A DNA stretch of 64,000 bases, taken from the NCBI GenBank assembly GCA_965655095.1, contig OZ296648.1, positions 25,482,001-25,546,000 on the forward strand, read 5' to 3'. The DNA is from Haplodiscus bocki. Taxonomy: Eukaryota. The translations under genes were made by a program, and so were the position numbers. A model generated the notes under the pieces. It searched no databases, was not told the origin of the DNA, and worked only from the letters and a program-made list of their open reading frames with translations. Positions 62,819 through 64,000 of this stretch are shown in pieces (within the stretch, counting starts at the first letter, position 1; each line of letters starts with the position of its first letter).

Positions 62819-64000
62819 CATCAAATTTTGTAATTTTTCCAAGTTTGAAAATTTTCTGACTTCTTGCAAAAAAATCGCTCAATCAAGGGGAAAAGACATT
62901 TTCAATTGATGTTTTTTGATACGCAATCTACAGCAAATTTGCCACCTTTACCAATTTCAACCTCATGTTGTCAAATCACAATTTCACTTTTAATGGCGAT
63001 TTGTTATGACATGCCCTCTGTGTTTCTTGAATTTGAAGCATTTTATATCCGACTGTATTGGGTGGAGGATTCTAGTTTTTTTGGAAATGTGTACGAAAAA
63101 GTTGCAATTACCCCATTTCCCAATTTTTCGGCGTCCGAAAATTTTTCGCCGAGAAGCTATTAGCGAAAAAAAAACCTAAAATGGCAAAACGTTTTGTGGC
63201 AAATCGTCGAATTTCACTACCATCTGTAGCATTTGCTTACGATGGGTGCCGATGTTAGTGTAGTCGGTGCATAATCAATCCTTCTCAATGCTCTACTAGT
63301 TTGAATAAGTTCCCGCGGAGTTTCAGTTGAAAATTTGCAGAAGATGTCGAAAATTCATGTTTTCCGTTAATGACATCTTCTGCGAGGCGTGCAAGTACCT
63401 TGGTTGATAACATTAGCTCGTTGATTAACTTTCAGTTGTCAGGTTGAATTTTCGGTGTGTCAGTAAATTCTTCGCTGTTTTCTTTCGGTGGTGTTGTGAC
63501 GAAACAGTTTGCGACAAATCCGAAAATTCCATGTTTTTCTGTCCCTTACCACCGTCAAGGTCTGGAAATGGCCTAGTTGTTTTTTTATACGCTGGTTGAG
63601 CCTCGGGAGACCAGTGGAGAAAGTTGCAGCTAGAGAAATATTCCGAGTTTTTCTCGGTAATTTTTCGGCAAGACTGCAAAATTGAGTTGCATCCTCGTTT
63701 TTTGAAGATTTTTTGTTTTAGCGAGTTTTTGAATGGTTAGAACGTGCAACATTAAACCTGTTTCAAAAAAGGTCCGAAATCGATTTTTTGCCGAAAGTTT
63801 AGCGAAAAACATTGTCGCAAACTTCCATGTCTCCCTTTAATTGTTCATTTTTTCGCTTGGTCCTGCTATCGTTTTCTGTTGCTCAATGTGGCATTTTAAC
63901 ATGGAACTAAGCGGCATGCCTTGCTAGACAGATTTTTTCTTTCGGAAAAAAATTTCCTTTGGCAAACGATTGCAGTAAATGCCAGGAAGATCTTATTTTT

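Overview
AT-rich eukaryotic nuclear DNA, most likely from an invertebrate animal; the species cannot be determined from sequence alone. Five spliced host genes lie on the + strand, reconstructed by hand with consistent intron phases: the last three exons of NOC3L, a divergent FLASH/CASP8AP2-like gene (3 coding exons, about 1483 aa), PRIM2 (2 exons, about 548 aa), SPO11 (5 exons, about 496 aa) and the first coding exon of PFDN6. There is one tRNA-Ser(GCT) on the - strand. The rest is mostly mobile DNA. It includes a decayed Ty3/Gypsy pol with extra 3' ORFs and a 7.1-kb LTR element (15651-22739) that has lost pol but keeps a chuvirus-like (class III, gB-type) envelope gene plus an unknown fourth ORF, each behind a splice acceptor. 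There are also Maverick/Polinton remnants (protease, protein-primed PolB, fold-back terminus), several MITEs, and hairpin-terminated Helentron-like elements carrying ~120-bp tandem arrays and tRNA-derived modules. The best leads are the env/ORF4 retrovirus-like element, an SQ-cluster tail on SPO11 and an operon-like SPO11-PFDN6 junction. All homology calls come from motif recognition by eye; no database searches were run.
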